From Isurus oxyrinchus (taxonomy: Eukaryota), in the NCBI GenBank assembly GCA_026770705.1, contig JANJGN010000026.1:31372001-31436000 (forward strand): DNA of 64,000 bases. Direction: 5' to 3'. This document shows positions 26,890-38,162 of the stretch, in pieces. The translations under genes were made by a program, and so were the position numbers. Within the stretch, counting starts at the first letter, position 1, and each line of letters begins with the position of its first letter. The notes beneath the pieces are model-generated. The model saw only the letters and a list, made by a program, of their open reading frames with translations. It was not told the DNA's origin and searched no databases.

Positions 26890-29350
26890 ACCTGAAGCCC
26901 CACATAACCAGATAAGATAGGGGTGGAGATACCTCCTGGGCATTAACACCTATTGCCCTCCTTCAGATGATGAATCTGTACTCCTTCATCTTTAGCACTA
27001 CTTTGAAGAACCACTGAGGGTAGCAAAGGCAATGCATGTGCTGTGGGTTTGCAAAGACAATTACCATTTGACAAGACCACTAATGACCGAGCTGGATGAG
27101 TCCTGAATGATGTATCTGCCAGGCTGGACCTGCCACAGGTAGTGAGAGAGCCAACACGAGGGAAAACCTGACCTGGTCTCAGGCCCATCACACTATCAAT
27201 ATAGGTGAGATTGACCCCTGCACTTTCCTTGCGGAAACCAAGTCCGGTATTCATACTGAACACATTCTCCATTGTGTTATGCGGCACTGCCGCTGTGCTA
27301 AACTGGGTACGTTCAGAACAGGTCTAGCAGTTCAAAACTTGGCAACAACGAGATGCTGGTGGCTATCAGCAACTGAATAATTGCATTCAATCACAACCTG
27401 TAATCTCATGGACCAGAATATCCCTCACTCACACCTTGGTGTGCACATCCACAGATCCCTGAAGCTAGCAGGGCAAGTAAATGAGGTGGTTAGGAAGGCA
27501 TATTGGACACTTACCTTTATTAACCGAGGCATAGAATACAAGAGTAAGGAGGTTATGCTGGAATTGTATAATACGTTGGTTAGGCCACAACTGGAGTGCT
27601 GCATGTAGTTCTGGTCACCACATTATAAGAAGAATGTGAGTGCACTGGAGAGAGTGCAAAGGAGATATACCAGGGTGCTGCCAGGCTGGAGGGCCTGAGC
27701 CATGACGAAAGATTGGATAGGCTGGGGCTGTTTTCCTTAGAGCAACGAAGGCGGAGAGGGGATAGAGGTGTAAAAGATTATAGGGGTATAGATAGAGTGG
27801 ATAGGAAGGCACTTTTTCCATTTTTAGGGGGTGGGGGGTCAATTACCAGAGGGCACAGATTTAAGGTAAGAGGTAGAACACTAAGAGAGGAGTTGAGGAG
27901 AATTTTTTTCACCCAGCGAGTGGTTGGAATCTGGAACTCATTGCCTGAAAGTGTGGTTGACTCAGGAACTTTCGCAAAATTTAATAAGTATTTAAGTTAT
28001 CACTTAAGCTGTCATAGCTTCCAGGGCTATGGTCCAATCGCTGGAAAATTGGATTAGTGCAGTCAAATCGTTGTTGATCGGTGCAGAAACGGTGGGCCGA
28101 ATGGCCTCCTTCTGCGCTGTAAACGTCCACGAGTCTAACATTCAGCCTGGGGACAATGAGGAATGTAGAACAGCAGGTCAAAAGCAAAACTAGGCATACC
28201 TGAAAATGATAAACCACCGTGTGAAGCTAAAAGACTGTACTCAATGGACAACAGATCAAATCCATCTCCTTGCTGCTCAATCAGTCTACTCTCAATCATC
28301 AGTAAAGTGATTGAATGTATCGCCGACCTGCTCACAAAGCTCAGACTTGATACACCCGGATCAGTCAGCTTCAAAGCTCATTGTAAATTTGACCTGAACA
28401 TGGTCAAGAGAATGGACTTCCAGACATGATGTGTGAGTGCTTTAGCACTTGCTGTCAAAGTAGCTATTGACTGAGTCTGGCATTAAGAAGCCTTGGGAAG
28501 CAAGGGTAAGTCTCTCCAATGGCTGGAGTCACATCTAATACACATGAAGATGTTGTGGTTGTTGGAGAAAAATCATCTTGGCACAGAACATCGTTCCAGG
28601 AGTCCCTCAGAGAAGTGTCCTTGGCCCAACCATCTTCAGTCACTTCATCAATTACTTTCCCTTCATCACTGGGTCAAGAGTTGGGATGTTCGTTCATATT
28701 TTCAGTGTTCAGTTCCATTTATGACCTCTCAGGTAATGAAACCGTCCTTACTGCTGCATCTCGAACTGGACAAAATTCATCTTTGAGATTGTAAGTTGCA
28801 AGTGACATAAGCAACACACAAGTGCCAGGCAATGACCAACTCCAACAATAAGGAAACCAATCATCTCTGCTCAAATTTCAAAAGGCATTACTGTCCCTGA
28901 AACCCACCATCAACGTCATGCAGGTATCATTCAACAGAAACTGAACTGGAACAGCCATATAAATACTGTGGCTACAAGAGTAGGTCAGAGGCTGGGGATT
29001 CTGTGGTGAATAACTTACCTCTAGACACCCGAAGCCTTTCCACCATTTGCAAGTCTGCAAGTCAGATGCCTATTGGAAATTGTTTACTTTCCTAGATGAA
29101 TGTAACTTCAGCAACACTCAAGAATCTCCACATCAACCAGGGGAAATCAACCCCTTGATAGGCACCTCATCCAGGAGTTAAACATTCATTCCCATCACCA
29201 CCGATACACAGTGGCTGCAGAGTGTACCATCCACAAGATGCACTGCAGCAACTCGCCAAGGCCTCTTCAACAATACCTTCCATACCTGTGACCTCCACCT
29301 CCCAGAATAACAAGGGCAATAAGCACACGGGAACACAATGCCCTGCATCC
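26890..29350 (+). mobile_element. Decayed LINE of a second CR1/L2-clade family, interrupted by a CR1 fragment
   Basis: Endonuclease remnants (YCPPSDDESVLLH; VREPTRGK) and RT remnant (ISLLSIISKVIECI); related minus-strand pieces at ~41100-41570 and ~50650-50850. Confidence 0.7.
27430..28135 (+). mobile_element. CR1 3' fragment nested in the older LINE
   Basis: RGIEYKSKEVMLELYNTLVRPQLEC; FFTQRVVGIWNSLP. Confidence 0.85.
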
Positions 29351-29607
29351 TCGTACACATACATCTCTATAGGGGAGAAATTGGCCTTGGGCGCTGGCAA
29401 AGAGGAAGCGATATCTGAAATCTCATTCTGCTGACTGCGCTGAAGGTGAATATCAAGTGCTGCGTAGCACGTACGGCCGATGCTATACCGCCCGTTTCAG
29501 GCTACTGCCAGATGCCAATGTCCAGGCCAAGATCTTTATTTTCAATATTATCTCTCCTTCTCATAGACACATGGGGTAATGCAGCTATAATTTAAACAGA
29601 GGCATAG

Positions 29608-29730
29608 ATTAAAGCAAAACACTGCTGATGCTGGAAATCTGAATTAAAAACAAAAAATGCTGGAAAAACGCAGCATCTGTGGGGAGAAAAACAGAGTTAA
29701 CGTTTCGAGTCCGTATGACTCTTCTTCAGA
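29608..29730 (-). mobile_element. Short Penelope-type 3' end with hammerhead ribozyme core, flanked by a direct repeat
   Basis: Minus strand CTGAAGA-A-GAGTC-ATACG-GACTC-GAAACGTTA; CAGAGGCATAG at both 29597-29607 and 29727-29737. Confidence 0.7.
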
Positions 29731-30029
29731 GGCATAGTCTAGTGCTGTAGCTACAATGACCAGGTCTGGTACAATATACACATTGTCAAGATCGAACATA
29801 ATATAAACAGAGACAGGGTCTATTTTAATATAAACGGAGACAGGGCCTAATGTAACATAAGTGGAGACAGGGTCCAGAGCAATGCAAACTGAGATGGCTT
29901 CCATTGGAACATTAAGGAGATAGGGTCTATTTTAATACACACACAGGCCTGATCCAGCATAATAGAAATAAAACAGTTCCCAGGACATTAATAATCGAAC
30001 CAGGATCCTGTATAACATGGGAGGGACGA

Positions 30030-30615
30030 TCGTGCATTGGGAACGTCACTGGGTTAGTAACCCAGAGATCCAGACCTTTTCCCTGGGGATAGGGGTTTGA
30101 ATTCCGTTATGGCAGCAAGAGGAATCGAAATTTAATTAATAAATCTGGAATTGAAAGCTCGTCTCAATAATGATGACCATGAAATTATAATCGATTATCA
30201 TAAACATCCACCTGGCTCACCAATGCCCTTTTGAGAAGGAAATCTGCCGTCCTTACCTAGTCTGGCCTATATTTTTATTCTTCGTTCATGGGAATGTGGG
30301 CGGCACTGGCTAGGCCAGCATTTATTGCCCATCCCTAATTGCCCTTGAGAACAGTGTGGCTTGTTACGCTATTTAAGAGTCAACCACATTGCTGTGGGTC
30401 TGCAGTCACATGCAGTCCAGACCAGGTGGCATTAGTGTGAACCAGATGGGTTTTTACGACAATGGTTTCATGGTCATCATTAGATTTTTTAATTAAAATT
30501 TCATCATCTGCCGTGGGGGGATTCAAACACAGATCCCAAGCCAATTACTAGCCGAGTGAGAATGCCATTACACCACCGCTTCCCATGCATACAACTCCAG
30601 ACCCACAAATTTGTG
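30030..30615. mobile_element. tRNA-derived SINE (+) with a related SINE nested in opposite orientation (~30272-30580)
   Basis: B-box GGTTTGAATTCC; body GGAAATCTGCCGTCCTTACCTAGTCTGGCCTA breaks at 30270 and resumes as ACTCCAGACCCACA at ~30594; homologous to 34110-34480. Confidence 0.7.
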
Positions 30616-31559
30616 CAGCCCCATTCTCCGGCTATTTGTTTAATTGCCCACCACCATTAACGACTGGATGTGACAGGACTGCAGAGGTAAAATCTAATCT
30701 GTTGGATGTGGGATCTTCCAGACTATGTCTGGATATAAATATTGGTATTGACTGGTGCAGTATTAATTGAAACAGGGTACAGTGACATATAAACAGAGGC
30801 AGTGTTTGGTCTAACATAAGATGATATGGAGTCCAATTTAAAACGACAGAGACAGGGTCCAGTGCAGTGTTAATTGTGACAATGCCTGCTTCATAGAATG
30901 GATCCTTCAAGATTTCAAATCCATCTGCTGGCCAAACTTTGCAATTGCAGCTACTGTGAAAATGTCGCTGTCAGGTTAGATCTTTGACATTATTGTATCA
31001 AGAGTCCAGTTCCTCAGAGGTAGTACCACATCACCTTCTACGGGAAGTGTCAAAATTTAACAAAATTCAACTAATTGCAGATAAACGTGGTTCATTAGCA
31101 CACCTTAAAGTCAGCACCAGAGTAAAGCAGCCCAATTCCTGGTGATGTAACTTTGTTCATTTTGATCAAAGGGAGGGATGTTGACCAGGGCGCTGTATAG
31201 AGACCATGGGAACTTTAATGTCCACCTCAACAAACATAGTGTTGGGGAGAGTTTATTGGTTCATGAGACCACCTGAAAGACAGTTAGGGTCATTTTCTTC
31301 AATAGCTCCGCGCTCTGGAGCCTCCCAGGAAGTCAAGGTGGGATCTTACCTTGAAGCACAAGATGCCATTTTGGTCTGTGTGTGTGTGTAAGGGAGAGGG
31401 AGGGAGACAGACGGAGACGTACATCATATTGTTTGCAACTGAATTTCACGAAGGTCCTGGACAACCTTCCATCGATGAAAGGTCACAGATACACAATGGA
31501 AATAAACCCATTGCAGATGTACTGATGGCTGAGGGGGGGCAATTGTTGTGAGGCAGGTT

Positions 31560-33000
31560 CTGCCGGAAATGCTTCACATGAAGCTACAAAATGTCGTTGT
31601 GGGTTGTTTTTTTTTCGGTGAAGACCTCAATTGCCAAACTGTTGTAGCCATTGGACATCGTGGTGGTTCACACCAACCCACAGGAGGTGTCGCCATTTTC
31701 CTCAGTCATCAGTTAGTTACATTCAGTTGTGATAATCGATATTTAGGGCTTTCACTTCAAGCATTCTGGAAGTGGAGCTTTGGGCGTCCCACTGGTTGTC
31801 TGCCTCCGGCTACCTCACCATACAGAAAGTCCTTGTGCATGTGACCATCTTCCATCCTATGTACGTTCCCAAGCCACCAGCACCATCTCTGTTTCATGAG
31901 CTCCACGGTCTTGGGAGCTCTGCCTTTGAGAGTACTACTGCATTCGTGTCTTTACCCTGCCAGTACATACCCATAATGTGCACCAGGCAGCGAATATGGA
32001 AATTGTGGAGCTCCTTTTCTTGATAACTGTAAGTCGTCCATGTTTCACAGCCATAAAACAAGGTGTTGAGAGCACAGGCCGTATAAACCATCAGCTTGGC
32101 CTGAAGGGTCAGTTTGATGTTATTCCAGGGGCATTTCATGAGTAAGCCAAAAGTAGCAGCTGCTTTCCTCATGCGGGTATCAAGTTCTGCAGCAAGCACC
32201 AGGCTGCCTGACACAGTGGAACCCAATGAGCAGAATTTACTTCCATCTGAGTGTTAATTAGTGTGATCAATGGCGGAAATGCAACACCTTGTCCCATGAC
32301 CAGGGTTTCCTTCATGTTTATAGTCAGGGAGAACAAGTTACAGGCATAGGAGAGTCAGTTCATCAGTCTTTGTGGATGAGTTTCCGTTTTGTTGACGAAA
32401 TTATCAGCTTCGAGCAATTCTTTGATCAGGATTCAATGTGTTTTTGTCTTCGCTTTCAGTCTTCTAGCTTGTGGGGCTTGCAGTCTGACTGGGTGTGTGA
32501 GTTCATTCCATATCTACAGGGAAGGCAAAAATAAGCAGCGTGGAGAAGAAGATGCTAAACAAAATGGGGGCTAGGACACAGGCCTGTTTCATTCCATTCT
32601 TCACTCCGAATCTGTCGGAAGTGGAATAATTAATCTGTACAGTGCAGTGCATGTTGTCACGGAAGGAGTGAATGAGACTGAGGAGCTTTGGTCGGCAGCC
32701 AATTTTCCCCAAAATCTTGTAGGCTCCTGTCCTGCTGGCGGTGTCGAGCGTGTGGAGCAGATCATGTCCACAGAATACTTTCCCACACAAGCACTACACT
32801 ATGCTTCGGCCTGCAAGTAGATGAAGTCCTTAAAATATGACCCGAGCAAAGGCCTTCCCCGTGACTCTATGAGTGAGATATTCCTGTAGTTGTTGCAGTC
32901 TCATCTGTCGTCTTTGTTTTCAGATAGTGCGATGATTATTATGTTATTCATCTCCTGCAGAATGGATCTTATCTTTCAGCAGAGGAGGAGAAGGTCATAA
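31560..33000 (-). mobile_element. RTE/BovB-clade LINE fragment
   Basis: KIGCRPKLLSLIHSF..VKNGMKQACVLAPILFSIFFS; ELDTRMRKAAATFG..KLMVYTACALNTLFYGCETWT. Confidence 0.88.
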
Positions 33001-33007
33001 AGGCTGA

Positions 33008-33272
33008 GAAAGATACATAATTATATATACCAATTATTCTCAATTCACGAAGGTAAATAATTATATTCACGAATTACCATCAATTCACAAAGATAAATAA
33101 TTATATTCAGCAATTGTTATCAATTCACAAAGATAAATATATACACCAACTATCAATTCACAAAGATAAATAATTATATTCACCAATTATGATCAACTCA
33201 CAAAGATAAATAATTCCATTAATCAATTATCATCCATTCACAAAGATAAATAATTGCATTAACCAATTATTT
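33008..33272 (+). repeat. AT-rich 40-bp minisatellite (~7 copies)
   Basis: Unit CAATTCACAAAGATAAATAATTATATTCACCAATTATCAT. Confidence 0.85.
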
Positions 33273-34099
33273 TCAGTATTTTATTTCATATAAAATGTAA
33301 TTGCGGTTCTTGTAATATCATTAACATTGATTGAGATCACATTGACCATTCTGTCAACAAGGAATCACATCTGTCCCAGAATTCAGTGGGAAATGGAATT
33401 AAATCAGACCGAGGGTAATGAGCAGCTACCCAGCAGCCTCTGTGACTTATTGACAAGTAATCACTTAATTATCACAGAGAAAGTCCTGATATTTAACTGG
33501 AGCGTGTGAGGATTTGTAAAGTGATGGCTACCTGGACCTGACGTTAGTTAATAAATATTTAAATCCAGATTTGTTATTTTCCTCGTCTGGAAGGTAATGA
33601 AACATTTGTGGCCCTCCATTGAGTTTCACACTATTTCTGTTTCCACAGTAATAGTGTTTAGTTTGTTACATTCATTAATTTGGGTGAGGATATGTTGAAT
33701 GTTTCGTTATACATAAAAGGACCACATGATCCAAATATTACAATCCTCCACCCTAATCCGTATTATATACCCGTTTTCTGTGTTAAAGATGATGATTGCC
33801 CATCAGCAGGGAAGAATCACCAGTGTCGCAGGGACATCTCCAGCCTTCTCTTGGTGACGTTCAGCTCGTTAGTTTCCGATAAGCAGGGAATGGAATTCAT
33901 CCAGAAAATCTGGAAGGACTGAAGATATTAGACTGATGCAAATTAAATACAAGACCAGCTTTAAGATATGAAGTGGTCAAGCACAAAGATTAGAAAGTAG
34001 GACAATATCTTTCAGACGCATCTATGGATACATCGATCAATGCATTCAGGCGTCCAACCACCATTCATTCCTGCATCACCGCAGTCATCCCTCCATTTT

Positions 34100-34480
34100 T
34101 GGCAGACGGTTGTGTTACATTAATGTCAGTGGACTCGTAACCCAGCGACCCAAGCTATTAACGAATTCAAATCCCATCATGGCAGTTGGTGGAATTGAAA
34201 TTCAATTAGAAATCTGGGATTGAAAACTGGTCCCAGTGAAGGGAACCATGAAACTATCATCGATTGTGGAAAAAAGTCATCTGATTCACTAATGTCTTTT
34301 AGGAAAGGAAATCTGCCACTATACCTAGTCTGGCCTACATGCGACTCCAGGTCCACAGCAATATGGTGGACTCTAACTACCCTCTGAAATAGCCTCGCAA
34401 GACACTCAGCTCAAGAGCAATTAGGCACAGGCAACAAATGCTGGCCTTGCCAGTGACTCTCACATCCCATGAAAGAGTAA
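34100..34480 (+). mobile_element. tRNA-derived SINE
   Basis: Degenerate B-box (ATTCAAATCCC), shared body, and 3' tail GGCAACAAATGCTGGCCTTGCCAGTGACTCTCACATCCCATGAA. Confidence 0.75.
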
Positions 34481-36234
34481 AGGGGCAAAAAAAATCACAT
34501 AAACACACATGATTGTCTATTTCAAAATGTATCCTCTCTCTGAGTCCTATCTGATAGTCTGTCTGTAATTCTTTCTATCTATCCATCCATCCATCACAAT
34601 ATAATGATGTGTTGGAGAGTTCCTCAAATGAGCTTTTAATGCAAACAGGGTGTCAGAGAAGATGGATAAGTTTTCTTTCCTAGGAGATTGGAACAGTTCA
34701 CATAGGTTCACAACTTAAAAAAATAAAACTGACTCCAGTATTGTTGCTGGGTAGATTTGTTTTCAATAGGCCTTGTTGACAATGTTAAGTGCTTGCAGTT
34801 GGCTTGCAGCCAAGCGGTCAGTACTGAGGAAACAGATCTTTCATTTACTGCACAAACCCCCCAGATGCTTCCTGTAAACAACATTGGACAATCGAGCCTC
34901 CCTGACTGCAGCCGGCTGGCTTGTTGCCAAATACAGTGCGGGGCAGATTAGCCTGGATATGAATCAACAAAATGGGATTTAGCAATTCAAACAATATTGC
35001 TTTCAGTCGCACACGGAATACGCATTTTAAATGGAATTTCATCCAAGGAAATATTTTAATGAATGCCGTGTTCACTGAGATTAAATGCAATCAAAAAAAT
35101 TAAATTGACCAGAAACTAGCTAATTTATATTATTTCGAAGTAAATGGCATTCCAGTTATTAAAGCATGTTCATTAAGAACTTCAAGAAGTGCGAGAGGGC
35201 GATGTTGATGGTCACAATGTCCCAGTCCAATGAGACGAGTGCAATGGCAAAAATTAAAAAGAAATTAAATTAAAAGAAAATTGCTGAATTGCCTTAAAGC
35301 TGCAGGAATTCCTTGAATATTCTCAGAGTTGTGCACTCATTTTACCTCAGGCGCCTCTTATTCCTGATTAGCACCGTGTACTGTACAGTTTAATTTGTGC
35401 TGATTTCGATTATTTAACAGTCCCTCTCATAGCTGCCAATGAGTGGAGAAATGACCAGTTCATGACCCGCTTCAATGGAAGATAAAACATTTATTCTTGT
35501 GATATTGTGTAATATGCCGCAAAGTCCTGATATCCTGTGTTCCCAATTCAGTGAATGGTACACAGTCGGTGGCCAATAGAATTACCTATAATGATTTGGA
35601 TGCTGATCAGATTTGCTGATCTCCGTGTCCATTCTGATTCATTAGCTTCTCTGTCAAAAGTTGATGTAAATTTTATGTTTCTCTATAAACTTACTGTTTA
35701 AATATCAGGGTGGCGGGCTTCTTTTTCCGCTAATATTCACAGGGCTGTCTTAGGTCAGGGGCTATTCGACGAATGCAAGGAGAGACATTGCACAATATGA
35801 GCAGATTCTTCTTATCTCTGGACCCAAAGTGTATGGCGATAGCCACCCATTTTATATATAATATCACTTTGTTCATCCCCCGCATTTAGCTACATAAATC
35901 AATAATAATTCCTCTGACTAATGATACTTTATTACTGTAATGAGACAGAGACCCGGAGTTGCTGCAAAACAGACTGACAGCCCCTTTATTCCCTGATAAT
36001 ATAACTTATTTTTTTAGATTCAACCCGCTGTGAAGTAGTGTAGAAATAAATGGGCTTATTTTACATTTGAATTAGTCGTTTTTATAAACTGATTCTAAGC
36101 TACAATTTCACCATTAGAGCCAATGGAGACATTACAATAAATCCATTCAGTCAAATATGCCGATACAGATAAAATTTCCACTTTTAACAATAAACAATTG
36201 TAAACATCTGAGTCCATTCTGTTGGGGATGTGAA

Positions 36235-36325
36235 AGGTGGGGCGTGGATCCAGTCGCCGCCTCCACCAGGGAATCAACAGGCGGCGCCTGGAAACCCGCC
36301 CCTTTCTGCCGGGTATTAAAATACC
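36235..36325 (+). promoter_or_regulatory. Putative VH promoter (GC boxes + TATA-like, no octamer)
   Basis: GGGGCGTGG 36239-36247, CCCGCCCC 36295-36302, TATTAAAA 36314-36321, about 90 nt before the ATG. No ATGCAAAT seen nearby. Confidence 0.55.
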
Positions 36326-36412
36326 GCTCACTGGGACCGGAATCCAACAGTCCGGGAGTTGGTTTGTTCACTGAGTTCTGGACAGAACCATTTTCCCCAA
36401 ATGACCAGAAGG

Positions 36413-36458
36413 ATGAGGTCGGCGATTTCTCTCAGTTTGTTGCTGACTTTCTTATCCC
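36413..36458 (+). CDS. IGHV: IgH variable leader exon (MRSAISLSLLLTFLS)
   Basis: Hydrophobic signal peptide; phase-1 donor C|GTGAGT; 128-nt intron to the acceptor at 36586. An in-frame upstream ATG lies at 36401. Confidence 0.93.
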
Positions 36459-36586
36459 GTGAGTAGTTTTTATTGTCCAAGTCTCTTACTGTCACTGTCT
36501 CAGTGTTAGTCTCTCTCTGGAATGTTACAGAGTCAGGAATCATTTCACCAGGATTAACCCTCGGGGTTTTTGATATATTTGTACAG

Positions 36587-36891
36587 GTGTCCAGTCGGAG
36601 ATTGTGTTGACTCAGCCAGAGGCAGAGACCGGGCGCCCCGGAGGCTCCCTGAGACTGACCTGTGAAACCAGCGGCTTCGATCTTGGCAACTACTGGATGC
36701 AGTGGATCCGACAGGTTCCTGGACATGGGCTGGAGTGGCTGGTTAGCTACTATAGTTCATCCAACAACGGCTACGCCCCAGCAATTAAGAATCGATTTAC
36801 TGCGTCCAAAGACACTTCAAGGAGCATCTTCTCCTTGGACATGACGAGCCTGAAGACTGAAGACACCGCCATCTATTACTGTGCAGCAGAC
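36587..36891 (+). CDS. IGHV: VH gene segment exon (germline, open)
   Basis: (R)[61 protein letters not shown]; both canonical Cys and Trp present; acceptor TACAG|. Confidence 0.97.
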
Positions 36892-36930
36892 CACAGCGAG
36901 AGGAACCAGGGCTGGACCCGAACAAGAACA
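36892..36930 (+). other. VH 3' recombination signal (23-RSS)
   Basis: CACAGCG + 23 nt + ACAAGAACA. Confidence 0.93.
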
Positions 36931-37298
36931 GATCGAGAGGGACTCAACAACTTCCATCGTAACCTGACGGTCAGTACTTGTTCTAAATGTAATATTAACT
37001 GTAATGATCAGAACCAGACAACAAGCCGCTTCTGACAAGAATAAAACAGCAAATTTAACAGTAAAACCTAACAAACCAATTGATATAATGGGCTGAGCTT
37101 TTGCTGTGTTTATATTTACTGTTAACAGTTTCCACAATTACAGACCTGGATATAATGTTCATTTTAATATGTCTGACACTTGGAGTAGGGTCTCTGTTCA
37201 TTAAGTTTTGTAAATTGCTGCATGAATTCTAAAGCAGATCAGAAGTAAACGTCTATTTGAAGTGAATATTAAGAGGCAGCACTGAACAGAGTGGGTGC

Positions 37299-37378
37299 AG
37301 TTTTTGTGCGGGTGTATTTCACTGTGATACTACAGCGTGTCACAGTGCTGTGCACAGCGACATCCTCATACAAAAACC
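37299..37378 (+). other. IGHD: D1 segment (coding 37327-37340, ATACTACAGCGTGT) with 5' 12-RSS and 3' 22-RSS
   Basis: AGTTTTTGT-12-CACTGTG | 14 nt | CACAGTG-22-ACAAAAACC. Confidence 0.95.
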
Positions 37379-37676
37379 TCAGGAGTTTGTTTAAATTCAT
37401 GATCTCTAACACAGCAGGAACGTCAAAGAAAATGAGAGTTAAATAACATAATGGGTCAAGGTTTGCCAAAAGGTGTAAGAGTATTCCGCTTTGTTCGTAG
37501 TTACGGACATGCTAAATCTGCAAAGAGATTTTGAAAGTATTCCAATCACATTTATAAATATAATGACCAGCACAGGCTGGAATATCTCACTGATTCATTC
37601 CTAAGCGAGTCGGAATCGGGTTTCTGAGAAGGTAGTGAACTTAAATCTCTGTATTTTACAGTGAACAGTCTGCCGC

Positions 37677-37745
37677 AGTATTTGACATGGTGTGTCTCAC
37701 TGTGATATACTGGATGGCACAGCAGTTACTGTCAATACAAAAACC
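37677..37745 (+). other. IGHD: D2 segment (coding 37705-37717, ATATACTGGATGG) with 12/12 RSS
   Basis: AGTATTTGA-12-CACTGTG | 13 nt | CACAGCA-12-ACAAAAACC. Confidence 0.93.
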
Positions 37746-38075
37746 CCTCAGCACTAATTGAGTCTGCCTGGGTCAGTGCTCGCTTTTACAATCCAACTAT
37801 ATGTACAGTGAAGTATTATTTTTGTCCAGCAATGCCCACAAAAACATGGTTTAAGATGGAAAAGTTGTGATAATTATCCATTCATCAGTTGGTGATTTCA
37901 ATAACATCTTCATGTGTTACTCTGTGAATTATAAAAAATGAGGATCATTGATGAATAGCGAAAAATATCCACAAACGCAAATATAATTTCGTGAGGATTC
38001 ATCGTGACCTCGCTTTGCCCCAGACTTATGAATATTTAAAATAATGGTGGATTTCTGTCTTTTTGGTGCAGGGGC

Positions 38076-38114
38076 AGTTATTGTATGTCACAGCCCAGGG
38101 AATGTAACACTGTG
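38076..38114 (+). other. JH 5' recombination signal (23-RSS)
   Basis: AGTTATTGT + 23 nt + CACTGTG. Confidence 0.92.
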
Positions 38115-38162
38115 ACGGTATGGGCTACTGGGGACAAGGGACCATGGTGACGGTGACTGCAG
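38115..38162 (+). CDS. IGHJ: JH segment (GMGYWGQGTMVTVTA)
   Basis: WGxG motif; phase-1 donor CAG|GTAAGA. Confidence 0.96.

Noticed and set aside
36604-37035. 143-aa ORF reading through the VH RSS
   Set aside because: Read-through of the unrearranged V exon into the RSS and intergenic DNA; not a germline-joined gene.
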